Positions 1-10,000 of a stretch of 64,000 nt of DNA are shown here, piece by piece (the stretch's first letter is position 1; each line of letters begins with the position of its first letter). The position numbers were made by a program, and so were the translations under genes. The stretch lies in the IMG/VR virus record IMGVR_UViG_3300030376_003496. One strand, given 5' to 3'. The notes beneath the pieces were generated by a model. The model made no database searches and was not told the DNA's origin. It saw only the letters and a program-made list of their open reading frames with translations. Source of the DNA: an uncultured virus (IMG/VR IMGVR_UViG_3300030376_003496). Its lineage: Duplodnaviria > Heunggongvirae > Uroviricota > Caudoviricetes.

Positions 1-228
1 AACTTCGATGATATCCAAGGAATTTCTTTCCTGCCAAAAACAGAACATGTTTACAAGCAAGCTCCCTTTGAGCCAATTGATAATGTTGCCTATCTGGTAA
101 GATGCGACAAAATGCCTATGATTAAATGGTCTAAGCTTTCTGAATACGAGCTTGAAGATACTACCAAAGCAAGTCAAACTCTCGCCTGCACAGGCGGTGC
201 TTGCGAACTTGTAGACTTAACCGATTAG
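1..228 (+). CDS. nrdJ: Class II (B12-dependent) ribonucleotide reductase, C-terminal fragment (5' truncated)
   Basis: Frame 1 reads NFDDIQGISFLP...YKQAPFEPI...TLACTGGACELVDLTD* (TAG 226-228). The GxSFLP, YxQAPxE and terminal ACxGGACE motifs are typical of monomeric class II RNRs of marine podoviruses. Confidence 0.85.
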   Translation, partial: NFDDIQGISFLPKTEHVYKQAPFEPIDNVAYLVRCDKMPMIKWSKLSEYELEDTTKASQTLACTGGACELVDLTD

Positions 229-236
229 GAGAACGA

Positions 237-509
237 ATGCATAATATTGAACAAGTGATTAGAAGACTCAGATTAAGCGGGAGTGGCATCTCAGCTACAC
301 CCGGAGAAATACGAATGCTTTTCATTCACTTACTTAAAAAAGTAGAGGACTTAGAAAATGAAATTTCCTTATGTAGATCCGAAACTTGTGGAAAATCTGG
401 AGACGCTGTTTCCAGTGCTGGACCTAAACTTAGAGGACGCGGAAAACCCAAATCTGAATCTAAGAGTAGCGCATCGAGCGGGAGCAAGGGAACTGATCTT
501 AAAACTTAA
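237..509 (+). CDS. Hypothetical protein with basic Ser/Lys-rich tail
   Basis: AGGAG SD then ATG 237; the 3' half overlaps the next ORF in another frame. Confidence 0.55.
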   Translation: MHNIEQVIRRLRLSGSGISATPGEIRMLFIHLLKKVEDLENEISLCRSETCGKSGDAVSSAGPKLRGRGKPKSESKSSASSGSKGTDLKT

Positions 510-543
510 AGTAATTTCTGAGCAGCAGAATAGGAGGCAGTAA
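358..543 (+). CDS. Small conserved podovirus protein (T7 gp6.5-like position)
   Basis: GAGGA SD; P..LVE.LE.LFP...AGARELI..L pattern resembles small proteins found upstream of the portal in T7-like phages. Confidence 0.6.
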   Translation: MKFPYVDPKLVENLETLFPVLDLNLEDAENPNLNLRVAHRAGARELILKLKVISEQQNRRQ

Positions 544-544
544 A

Positions 545-1798
545 ATGACATTTACAGGTGGTCATTTAGACGATATAGGAGATCTTGAACAAGTAGAAAG
601 TATGCAAGCTCAAGGAGTTGCAGACTATCAATTTGAAAGCATTTTAGAACGATACGCAAGTCAAGCATGGGCTGGCGGTGAAGGCGAAGGACTGCCGGAT
701 TGGCTGCAAAATTCTAATAATAACGCAACTAATGCCTTTGCTGCTGTCAATGCTGCTTTTGGTAATTGGACAGGTAGAATGACCGGGGCTACGGAAAACA
801 TTAACACACAGTTTTACGATCAATTAGGTGGTCTTGAAATTGATGACGGTGGTTATTTGGAAGCTTCTTCGGCAGCTTTAGAAAAAATGACTCAAAATGT
901 TGATGAAGCTACTCGCTTGCTTGGACAAAAACAAAATACAATTAGAACTATTGGTGATTTGCATAAGGTCTATAAAAAAGATAAGCAAAAAAGAGAACGA
1001 GCCATTAAATCACTTGAAATGGAAACGCCCGAAACAGGGCAAACAATTTCTTATCGAGATCCTCTTACAGGAAAACGAGTAACTCATAATGTTGGAGGAG
1101 AATTCTCGGCTGAAAATAGAATGGGTGTTCGGAATACAGATGCTTATGGTCAAGCTAGGGAATGGATCGCAAATAGAATTAACCAACAGCAAGAAGCCTA
1201 TCACGATATGGTTTTAACGGAAGATTGGATTCGTGATAATCAAATGGATAATTGGACAAGTAGAACTGGTTGGGGCGGACAAACAGAATATCTTTTAGGT
1301 ACAGACCCTTGGAATGATCAAGAAACATGGGGCACTTACGAAGAGCGATTAGACCAGCAAACTTCAGCAAATACAAATACTAATCAATGGTCCCATATTG
1401 CCCTTAATGAATTTTTTGGTGGTAATGATATTACCTTAAATTTCTTTAGAAACCAAAACGACGAAATGGATGTTTCAGGCCAAGCGTGGCAAACTACTCA
1501 AAATTTATATGATGCTTTTGCTTCAATTGCTAGTTCTACTTACGGTAATTTATATGATGCTGGGTTTAATACAGTTGGACAGTCTATGTTGGCTTCAGAA
1601 TTAACAGGTAAAAGTGTTCAAGACGCAGAAGAAACTATGTCAGCCCAAGCCTTTAAAGCGCAAGACCAGCAAAAAGCTTTGCGTAAATCGCTTAAACAAG
1701 CTAATGAAGTGTTTCAAAAAACAAAAGGTAAACTCCGTAAAAACGAAAAACAACCTAAAGCTAGGTTCGGAGGATTTAGAAAGGATACCCCAGCATGA
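545..1798 (+). CDS. Hypothetical (probable virion) protein, 417 aa
   Basis: AGGAGG SD; long ORF upstream of the portal; basic C-terminus. Confidence 0.7.
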   Translation: MTFTGGHLDDIGDLEQVESMQAQGVADYQFESILERYASQAWAGGEGEGLPDWLQNSNNNATNAFAAVNAAFGNWTGRMTGATENINTQFYDQLGGLEIDDGGYLEASSAALEKMTQNVDEATRLLGQKQNTIRTIGDLHKVYKKDKQKRERAIKSLEMETPETGQTISYRDPLTGKRVTHNVGGEFSAENRMGVRNTDAYGQAREWIANRINQQQEAYHDMVLTEDWIRDNQMDNWTSRTGWGGQTEYLLGTDPWNDQETWGTYEERLDQQTSANTNTNQWSHIALNEFFGGNDITLNFFRNQNDEMDVSGQAWQTTQNLYDAFASIASSTYGNLYDAGFNTVGQSMLASELTGKSVQDAEETMSAQAFKAQDQQKALRKSLKQANEVFQKTKGKLRKNEKQPKARFGGFRKDTPA

Positions 1799-2274
1799 TG
1801 ATTCCACCCGGAAAACTTAACGGGTCTTTACCCGGACCTTATTATTTTGGCGGAGGAAGTTACCAAGCCCCAGAAATTGATATGGATGCCCAGCTTCGTA
1901 ACGCTCAGGCTTCAGCAGGATTTGCTAGAGAACAGTCAGAACTTGCTCACGCCCAAGCTTTAGAAATGGAAGCTACTCGTAACGCTTACGCTAGTGCTAT
2001 TTCTGAACGAGAGCAGCAAAACGAAGCCCAGTTGGAAGCACAGCAGCAGTCTATGGAAGACATGTTAAGTGATGTTCAAACTGGTGTTGAAGAAGATGAA
2101 GAAGAAGGCATTACTAGTGTTAACTTCTTTACATCATTAATGAATGCTATGCAGGGCGGTACAGGCACCGCTATGCCCGGTATGGGTGGGCCTATGACTG
2201 GTGACGATGGTTCCCGTCCAACTATGACTGCTGACACGGGTGCCCAGCCCTATAGCGGCGCGAGGCCCGTTTAA
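1795..2274 (+). CDS. Small virion protein (T7 gp6.7/gp7.3-like position)
   Basis: Coupled to its neighbours (ATGA and TAATG overlaps); Gln/Glu/Ala coiled coil; directly before the portal. Confidence 0.6.
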   Translation: MMIPPGKLNGSLPGPYYFGGGSYQAPEIDMDAQLRNAQASAGFAREQSELAHAQALEMEATRNAYASAISEREQQNEAQLEAQQQSMEDMLSDVQTGVEEDEEEGITSVNFFTSLMNAMQGGTGTAMPGMGGPMTGDDGSRPTMTADTGAQPYSGARPV

Positions 2275-3836
2275 TGAGTATTCCTCCCGAAGGAAGTATT
2301 TACGAGCGTTTTAGATTATTAGATACAAATAGAACAAGTAAATTAGACAGAGCGCGTGATTGCTCAATGCTTACTATTCCGTCTGTATTACCTCCAGAAG
2401 AATGGACAGAGCAAGATGCTCTAGTTCAACCTAGTTCTTCAATGCCTGCAAGAGGGGTAACTAATCTTGCCTCCCGTATGCTTTCAGCTTTAATTCCTTT
2501 AAATGATTTACCGTTCTTTCAGTTTGAAGTCAAAACTGGAGAACAGCTTGATCCTAAGGTTGCTGCTTTTTTAGATGTTATTGCTAATCAAGTTTACACT
2601 AAAATTATTGGTGGTAACTTTAGAGAAACTGTTTTTACTGCTTTGCAGCACCTTATTATTACAGGTGACGTTATGGTTGTAATGGAAGATGATTTTGATT
2701 TTAGAATTATTCGACAAGATCACTACGTAATCCGTCGAGATATTGTTGGAAATCCTGTTGAAATTATTCATTTAGAATTTGTTGCTGACGATTCTAACGA
2801 ACCAGCCTTAGATCAATATGACAGTGCTAATGTCTATGGACGTAAAGGTTATAAAACCCAGTTTGTTAGATTAACCTATAACGAAAAAGACAATAACTGG
2901 AACGTCAGAAGAGAAGATACTGACGGCACTGTCCTTGATGATGGTACTTATACTGTATTGCCTTATTCGTGTTTACGGTGGACTGCTATCCCCGGAGAAA
3001 ACTACGGTCGATCTCATTGTGAAGAGATTTACGGTGACATTCAAACCCTAGAGTCTTATACTCAGGCTATGCTTGAAGGTATGGCAGCTTCTAGCGCATT
3101 TTGGATTGGAGTTAATCCAGCAGGTGTGACCAATATTGAAGATGTCGCGGGTCGAGATAACGGTTCGTATATCTCAGCTAGACGAGAAGATATTTTTACT
3201 ATTTCACCTTCTGATACCCTTAATCCTCAGATTCAATCTGTATCAGCGGCTGTTGAAACTATGCGTAGAGAAGTGTCTACGTCATTTTTAATGTCTGCTG
3301 GTGCTATTCCTTCTGGTGATCGCGTTACCGCTACGGCTGTTCGTATGATTGGCTCTGAATTAGAGACAGTTCTCGGAGGAGCTTTCTCTTCTATTGCAAG
3401 AGACATGATGCAGCCTATTGTTGAAAGAGCAGTGTTTTTAATGATTGATCAACAGTTAATTGATCCTAGATTAGCACAGCAATTCTCAGACGATGGCGTG
3501 CTTTCTGTTGAAATTATTACAGGTCTTCAGGCTCTTTCTAGAGATTCCGATTTAACAAAACTTATTCAAATGGGTGAGATGGTACGGAACCTTCCGCCCG
3601 AATCATTAGCTACCTTTAAATGGGACGCTTATACAACAGCACTTATTACTGCTCTTGGTCTTGATCCAGCTAACTGGGTGAAGTCTGAACAAGAAGTGCA
3701 GCAAGAACAGCAGGCTGCTATGGCACAGCAAATGGCTATGCAATCAGAACAGCAAGCTGCCCAGATGGGTATGCAAGCTGCTACAGGTCTTGCAGAACAG
3801 GCTGTCGGTGGTATGTTATCACCGGGAACCGCATAA
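2274..3836 (+). CDS. Portal / head-to-tail connector (T7 gp8-like)
   Basis: LTIPS, ARGVTNLASRML, GENYGRSHCEE and RVTATAVR..ELETVLGG motifs; 520 aa. Confidence 0.95.
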   Translation: MSIPPEGSIYERFRLLDTNRTSKLDRARDCSMLTIPSVLPPEEWTEQDALVQPSSSMPARGVTNLASRMLSALIPLNDLPFFQFEVKTGEQLDPKVAAFLDVIANQVYTKIIGGNFRETVFTALQHLIITGDVMVVMEDDFDFRIIRQDHYVIRRDIVGNPVEIIHLEFVADDSNEPALDQYDSANVYGRKGYKTQFVRLTYNEKDNNWNVRREDTDGTVLDDGTYTVLPYSCLRWTAIPGENYGRSHCEEIYGDIQTLESYTQAMLEGMAASSAFWIGVNPAGVTNIEDVAGRDNGSYISARREDIFTISPSDTLNPQIQSVSAAVETMRREVSTSFLMSAGAIPSGDRVTATAVRMIGSELETVLGGAFSSIARDMMQPIVERAVFLMIDQQLIDPRLAQQFSDDGVLSVEIITGLQALSRDSDLTKLIQMGEMVRNLPPESLATFKWDAYTTALITALGLDPANWVKSEQEVQQEQQAAMAQQMAMQSEQQAAQMGMQAATGLAEQAVGGMLSPGTA

Positions 3837-3854
3837 CATGGAGAACGAATAAAT

Positions 3855-4739
3855 ATGTCCGAAGAAATTACCACTCAACCCGTAGATAACTCTACGCCTA
3901 CTACTGAAACCCCCGCTCCGGCGGAGGTAACGTTACAGCCCGGTACTCCCGAATATGATGCAGCTATGGCTGCTCGGGGTACGGCGGAGCAGGCCGTTCA
4001 AAAGACGGCTGTTCCCGAAAAGTTCCAACGAGAAGATGGAACGGTAGATATGGAAGCTCTTGCTAAAAGCTACGCAGAACTTGAAAAACAGTTCCATGCT
4101 CCCAAAGAAGAAGCTCCTCCTGTTCCTACCGAAGAGACTCCTAAAGAGTTTCGTATTCCATCTCCTCAGGACGAAGTAGAAAGCGAAGAGCCTATGGTTA
4201 AAAGTGAGCTAACTCAAGAAGATTACGCTAATTGGGGTAATGAGTTAGCAGCTAAAGGCGAGTTTTCAGAAGCTACTATTGCAGAGATTAAGAGTAAGAC
4301 CAATTTCACAGATCAAATGATTAACGATTGGACTCTTGGTCAGAAAGCAAAACAGAAAGAAGCTTTTGTTCAAGCCTCCCAATTAGTAGGGGGAGAAGAA
4401 AGACTAGGTGCCATGTTTAATTGGGCAGCAAATAACCTTCCAAGAGATCAACAAGAAATTGTTAATCAAAGGCTTGCTGGTCCTGATTACGAGGTCACTT
4501 TATACGGTCTTGCTTCTATGTACGATAAGGCGATGGCTGCTGCACCCAAGGCGCAAGAGCCGGTTCCTCCGCAGAATCGTGCCCCCAACCCGGCTGGGCG
4601 TTCCACCGTGCAAGGATTTACTTCCTACGGTGAGTTCACCCAAGCAAGATCAGACCCTCGGTATATGCAAGATGCTAATTACCGGGGTGCTGTAGAGGAA
4701 CGAATGGTGAAGACTAATTGGCAGAGTCTTCCACGTTGA
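3855..4739 (+). CDS. Capsid scaffolding protein (T7 gp9-like)
   Basis: PEKF...LAKSYAELEK, VGGEE...WAA and C-terminal GF.S..E...A.SDPRY..D..YR..VE motifs; lies between portal and capsid. Confidence 0.93.
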   Translation: MSEEITTQPVDNSTPTTETPAPAEVTLQPGTPEYDAAMAARGTAEQAVQKTAVPEKFQREDGTVDMEALAKSYAELEKQFHAPKEEAPPVPTEETPKEFRIPSPQDEVESEEPMVKSELTQEDYANWGNELAAKGEFSEATIAEIKSKTNFTDQMINDWTLGQKAKQKEAFVQASQLVGGEERLGAMFNWAANNLPRDQQEIVNQRLAGPDYEVTLYGLASMYDKAMAAAPKAQEPVPPQNRAPNPAGRSTVQGFTSYGEFTQARSDPRYMQDANYRGAVEERMVKTNWQSLPR

Positions 4740-4889
4740 GAAAGCGGTTTAATTAAATAGAGATATTTATGCTAACCGTGGGATTAACAAGCTAATGTTG
4801 AACCCGAAAGGATAATTCAATCATTGACTATTGCTGTAATTAAACTTTTTTATTATTAAACAATTACTCAATTCTCAAGGAGAATTATT

Positions 4890-6272
4890 ATGGCTAATTA
4901 TTCTGCTGGTATTAATGCATTCCAGCCTGCTGTTGGTAGTGGTGGTACTGGAACCGCTACGCCCGGAATTACGAAGGGACAGCCCTTCCGTACTGATATC
5001 ACTGCCGCTACTTCTGGTGGTGTTGCCGGTACTAATAAACTTTGGCTTCCTATTTGGTCTGGCGAAGTTATGTACGCTTACGATCAGTACCGTGTTTTTG
5101 AACCATTTGTCGAGTCACGAACGATTTCTTCGGGACGCTCAATGGAATTCCCGATCATGGGTACTGTAAATCTTAAGCCTGCTTGGTTTGCTGGTGAAGA
5201 ATTAATCGGTAGCCCGAACGATCACGTAAGCAAGACCTTCGCGGTTAGTCTCGATAACCGTCCTATTGCTTCGTTCTTCGAGCTTGATAACGTCGATCTT
5301 ATGATTACTCAGTGGCAGTATCGTCAGGAACTGGCTCGTCAGGCTGGTCAGACGCTTGCTAACGCCCGTGACATTCAGATCGCTGCTTACATTGCCCGTG
5401 CTGGTATGGAATCAGTTATTGCTAATGATCCCCGCCTGAGCGGCGGTGCTAGTGATTGGAACCACTCTCTTAAAGATGGCCCAATTTATAGCTCTGGCTT
5501 TAGCACTAAATTAGAGTACTTATCTGGTAACGGTGCTGATGCTACTGATGCTAACCGTGCCGATGGTGCGCTTGCATTGCTTGCTGCAATTGAAGACTTT
5601 ATGATTCACTTGCAGGAAATCAATGCTGACACCTCAGGTGTTTACTGTGCTGTTCCCCCGCAGACCTTCCACGACATCCGTGCCCTCGGCGTTGCCCGAG
5701 ACACTGGTGACCTCGGTGGTGGTGCTGGCCGTCCGTTCTTCGGCGGTGTTGCTGATGCTGGTGGTCTTGGTGCTGGTCTTCGTGACGGTATGATGGCTCT
5801 TCAGGACTCGCTTGAGTACATGAGTTGTCGTATTATCAAGACTAACCACCTTCCGCAGTGGAACGCATATACTACTGGTACTGGTGGTTCTGCTGGTGAT
5901 ACCGATATTTACGGTGATTACAACATCGGTGAGCCTCGCTACAACCTCGACTTTACTCTTAGTAAAAACGCAGGTTCTGGTGCTGCTAAAGCAAATGGTG
6001 CTACTGCTAGTGCTGGAATTAAAGCTTTGCTTTGGCAGTCCAAGTCCGTGGCTTCGCTGTCGCTTCAGGGTATGAAGGTTGATACGGTGGAAGATGTCCG
6101 TCGTAACACCAACTTTACTGTCGCTTCGATGATGGCCGGTACGGGCGTTCTGCGTCCTGAGTGTGCTGCTATTGTTTGTGGCGGTTACCAGAACGGTGGT
6201 ACGACTGGTCTTACCCGAGCTAAGGCTCTTGAATACAGCATGATGACTGCTGAGTATACCAATACAGCCTAA
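4890..6272 (+). CDS. Major capsid protein (T7 gp10-like)
   Basis: LWLPIWSGEV, RTISSGRSMEFPIMG, ELARQAGQTLA..D and G.GVLRPECA motifs; strongly biased codon usage. Confidence 0.95.
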   Translation: MANYSAGINAFQPAVGSGGTGTATPGITKGQPFRTDITAATSGGVAGTNKLWLPIWSGEVMYAYDQYRVFEPFVESRTISSGRSMEFPIMGTVNLKPAWFAGEELIGSPNDHVSKTFAVSLDNRPIASFFELDNVDLMITQWQYRQELARQAGQTLANARDIQIAAYIARAGMESVIANDPRLSGGASDWNHSLKDGPIYSSGFSTKLEYLSGNGADATDANRADGALALLAAIEDFMIHLQEINADTSGVYCAVPPQTFHDIRALGVARDTGDLGGGAGRPFFGGVADAGGLGAGLRDGMMALQDSLEYMSCRIIKTNHLPQWNAYTTGTGGSAGDTDIYGDYNIGEPRYNLDFTLSKNAGSGAAKANGATASAGIKALLWQSKSVASLSLQGMKVDTVEDVRRNTNFTVASMMAGTGVLRPECAAIVCGGYQNGGTTGLTRAKALEYSMMTAEYTNTA

Positions 6273-6377
6273 AATTGATAGGATCTTTTGGAGGATATTT
6301 TTATGTCTTACAGACTCTTTTATTGAAAGAGGTGATCCTATCTCGGCAGCAGGAGTTGTCGTTACCTGCAAAACTAT

Positions 6378-6417
6378 CGCCGTGGCCCCCGAAGGGGGGC
6401 TGCGGTGTTTTTTCTTT
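6378..6417 (+). terminator. Intrinsic terminator after the capsid gene (T-phi-like)
   Basis: CGCCGTGGCCCCC-GAAG-GGGGGCTGCGGTG stem followed by TTTTTTCTTT. Confidence 0.85.
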
Positions 6418-6431
6418 GAGAGGAGATTATT

Positions 6432-7079
6432 ATGGGTTATATGACCAAACTTGATGCTGTGAATCAAATGTTGATTTCAGCCGGAGAAGGAATTGTTAGT
6501 GACTTAGAAAACAAAAGTGGTGTTGATACCTCTGTTTGTGAATTTATGTTAGAGCAAAAAATTGTTGATTATCAGATGCGTGGTTTAGCTAATAACCAGC
6601 AACAGCAATGTTATGAAACATCAAATAAAGATAAAACAATTGAACTTCCTAATAATGTTTTAAGCGGATGGCTTATTTCAACCCATACAAACTCAAAAGG
6701 TGATCAGATTCGTGGTATTGTAAGAGGAGCTAACCCTCCGTATCTTTATAACTTAACGGATAATACAAAAGAATGGTCAGAAAACGTAGAATATAAAGTT
6801 TATTTAGTACTTAAATTTGACTGGGAAGACATGGATACAAATGTTCAAAAAGCTATTGTTATGCAAGCAGCTAGAGAATATCAAATGTTATCTCAGGGTG
6901 ACGGAGATGTAGATAATTATTTAGCCCAGTTATCTATGTATTACGACAGTCAGGCAAAGGGTTCTGACAACACGCAAAAACGATATAATATTTTCTCAGG
7001 TCCAGAATCATCTGTTACAGGGGCTGTTAACAGAAACAGAACTTGGAACTATAATCGATACAGATATCCCACTACTTAA
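6432..7079 (+). CDS. Tail tubular protein A / adaptor (T7 gp11-like)
   Basis: TKLDAVNQML..AGE N-terminus and F.WEDM....Q..I...AAR.YQ motif; position after the capsid gene. Confidence 0.9.
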   Translation: MGYMTKLDAVNQMLISAGEGIVSDLENKSGVDTSVCEFMLEQKIVDYQMRGLANNQQQQCYETSNKDKTIELPNNVLSGWLISTHTNSKGDQIRGIVRGANPPYLYNLTDNTKEWSENVEYKVYLVLKFDWEDMDTNVQKAIVMQAAREYQMLSQGDGDVDNYLAQLSMYYDSQAKGSDNTQKRYNIFSGPESSVTGAVNRNRTWNYNRYRYPTT

Positions 7080-7090
7080 GGAGTTATTAA

Positions 7091-10000
7091 ATGCCGCCAT
7101 ATGATAGACGAGCCAGACAACGCGGGTTTAATACGCGAATTCCCATTTACACTCTTAGTGGTGGTGTTGGGAGACAAGCTCCCTCTAAACGAACGCCTTC
7201 TGAATCTCAGATCATCGATAATGCTACCCCTACTTTAGAAAAATCTATTGAAAAAAGACCGGGGTCTACTCAATTATCTTGTTATACTGATATTGCTTCA
7301 GATAGCTTGACTCGTTGGGGAGCGTTAACTTTACCGTCCGGCAGCGGAGCCATTGGTAAAATTGGAGTATTAACTGCTACAGGAGCAGCAGGAAGCAGCG
7401 TATTAAATTTTAATGCTGCCGCTGAAATTAATAGCACTTTAACTCTTAAAAGTACTGACGGAACAACGGTAACTTATTTAGCGAATGAATTTGCTAATTC
7501 AGGGGATCTTACTGAAAGTATTATAGATTTTACTTTTGTTGATTCTCCTGAACCAAATAGCACAATTACTTTAATTTCAGCAGACGGTACAAGTAAGGTT
7601 TATAAAGCTAAAACAGACGGCACCGTCACTAACGGTGCTATAGACGGTGACGGAAACGTGCAGTTTAATAATGGTTCTGGTAAAACTCCTAACGAAAAAT
7701 CACACAATGTTGCAAAAAATTTACAAGAAGCTATTTATTCAGCACAGGGTCATAATAATAATGCCAGTACTTCTTTTGAATTTTCTGCTGCTGCTCAAGT
7801 AGACGAAACCATTACTTTAACGTCTACTGATGGTACTGAAATTACTTACATTGGTAAAAGTTCTGGTACTAGCGGTGATCTGTCAGGATCAAACGTTCTT
7901 TTTAACGTTGGGGCATCTGCATCAGCTTCCGCTACTGCTTTAGCTGCGGCTATTAATTCTACAAACGGTCATAACGCTGTTAACGCTAAAGCTACGGCTA
8001 CGTGGACTTTTAGTGCTGGACCTGCTGCTGGAAATACTATTCAATTATTAGGCACAACTAATTTAGGAACAACTGTTTCTAAAACGTTTAAAGCAGCTAC
8101 CTCTGGGTCTAACGGAGATCTTGATGGGTCAGATGTTATCTTTTTATCTGTAACTAATAGAACAACTACTGCTGCTAACCTTGCACAAGCTATTAATAAT
8201 AAAAATGCGTTTGGTACTACAGGTTGGATGGTTGCTACAGCTAATGCGTCAGCAGCCAAAGCAACGGCTACGCTTACTTTTACGGCTGCTGCTACTGAAA
8301 ACGCCACGATTAATATTATAGATTTTAAAGGTGTTGCAAAACTTTATAAAGCAGTAAGTAGTCCTTCTGCAACTTCGACAGATTTTTTACGTGGTACTGA
8401 TCGAGTTGCTTCAGCTAGAGCTTTTGCAGATTGCGTTAATACAAACCATGCTAATACTATTCGAGCATCGTATAACTCAAGCGGTGTTGTTACATTAAGA
8501 CAAGAAGCTTTAGGTACTGACGGTAATACAGCTATTAGTGTTAGTTTATCCCCCGGTTGGGCAATTAATTGTACTACTCCTGCTGCATTTACTGGAGGTG
8601 TTGACGGTGGTGATGTCACAGTTACTCAGGCTTTTGGAGGATCATATGGTAATACTACTATTACTGATTCCGCAGGTTTTGCTAGTGCTTGCTCTGCTGC
8701 ACCACCAGCAGCGTTTACTGGGGGAACTAGCACAGGCGTTAACGGAACTAAATTTACTACTTCTGTAAGCACAGCGCAAGTAACAATTTCTCAGGTAGCT
8801 GAAGGATTTGGTTCTACTTCAAGAGTAAAACTTTCTGCTAAATTTACTGATTCACTTTCTACACGACCTAGTGCTAGGTTAGGAAAATTACACAATACTA
8901 TTATCGGTAAAACAGGTAGGGTAGTTATTGCTCAATGCGTAGGTGGTGATACAGGTAATAAAAACATTACGCAAAGTAGATTTTTTCCTGAAGCTGTTAA
9001 TAAAATGCCTACCGTATTTTCAAGGTCTTCTCAAACTTATGTTAATACAGGAACAAATGCTGACGATGCTGCAAATCATTTAAAAACTGCTGTACTTAGT
9101 CCCAATGGGCACAACGGAAAAATTACAGGTGCTGTGTCCACAAGCCAAGTTACATTAACTCAAAATGTTGTAGGCAAAGCAGGTAATACTGCTATTGAGT
9201 ACAATAAAAAATTTTCGGATAAACTGTCAGTTAAACCTACTTCATTTTCAAATGGTTCTGATTATAACTCAATTTTAGATTCTAAAAATATCTTTTTATT
9301 AGATGTAGACGGAAAAGGCGTATCGATGGGGTTTGATTCTGCTTTAAATAAAAGTGAATCAACAAGTAAAACTATTGGAACTAAAGACGTAACAACAACT
9401 GCTTTAGCGGCAGAATCTATTGCAAAAGCCATTAACGCTACTGATATTGGTATTACAGCTTCTTACACTGCTGGTACTTCTGAAGTTAATTTAACTATGG
9501 ATAAAACAGGAGGCAACGGAACAGCTATTGTAGCAGACGATACGTATTTTAAAATTTCTGCTTTTAGAGGATCAATGCCTACTAAAGATTTGTTTTATTA
9601 TTGGTTTTCAATTAGCGATGATTTAAGGTATTTATTAGTTATTGATTATAATGCTATGTCAGGATCAGAAAAACTGTTTTATATATATAAAGTAAATACA
9701 GAAACTGGTAAGGTAGAGGACCAAACCCCACCCCTAAATTCTGAAAATGGTCCTACTCAACCTGCTACTAAAGTTTACGATTATATTACATATAAGAATG
9801 AGTCTAAAACTGCTAGAGAAGCACTGCAAGCTATTACTGTTGGTACTAGCATTTACATTGTTAATAAGTTTGTTAAAGCAGGTTTTAGCTCAAGTGACAA
9901 TGGATATCTTTTTGATTACGCTGGAAACGAAACATCAGAAGTTGACTACAAAGGCAAAGAAGTTATTTATTATACGTCCTCTCTTGTAGACCCCGAAGGT

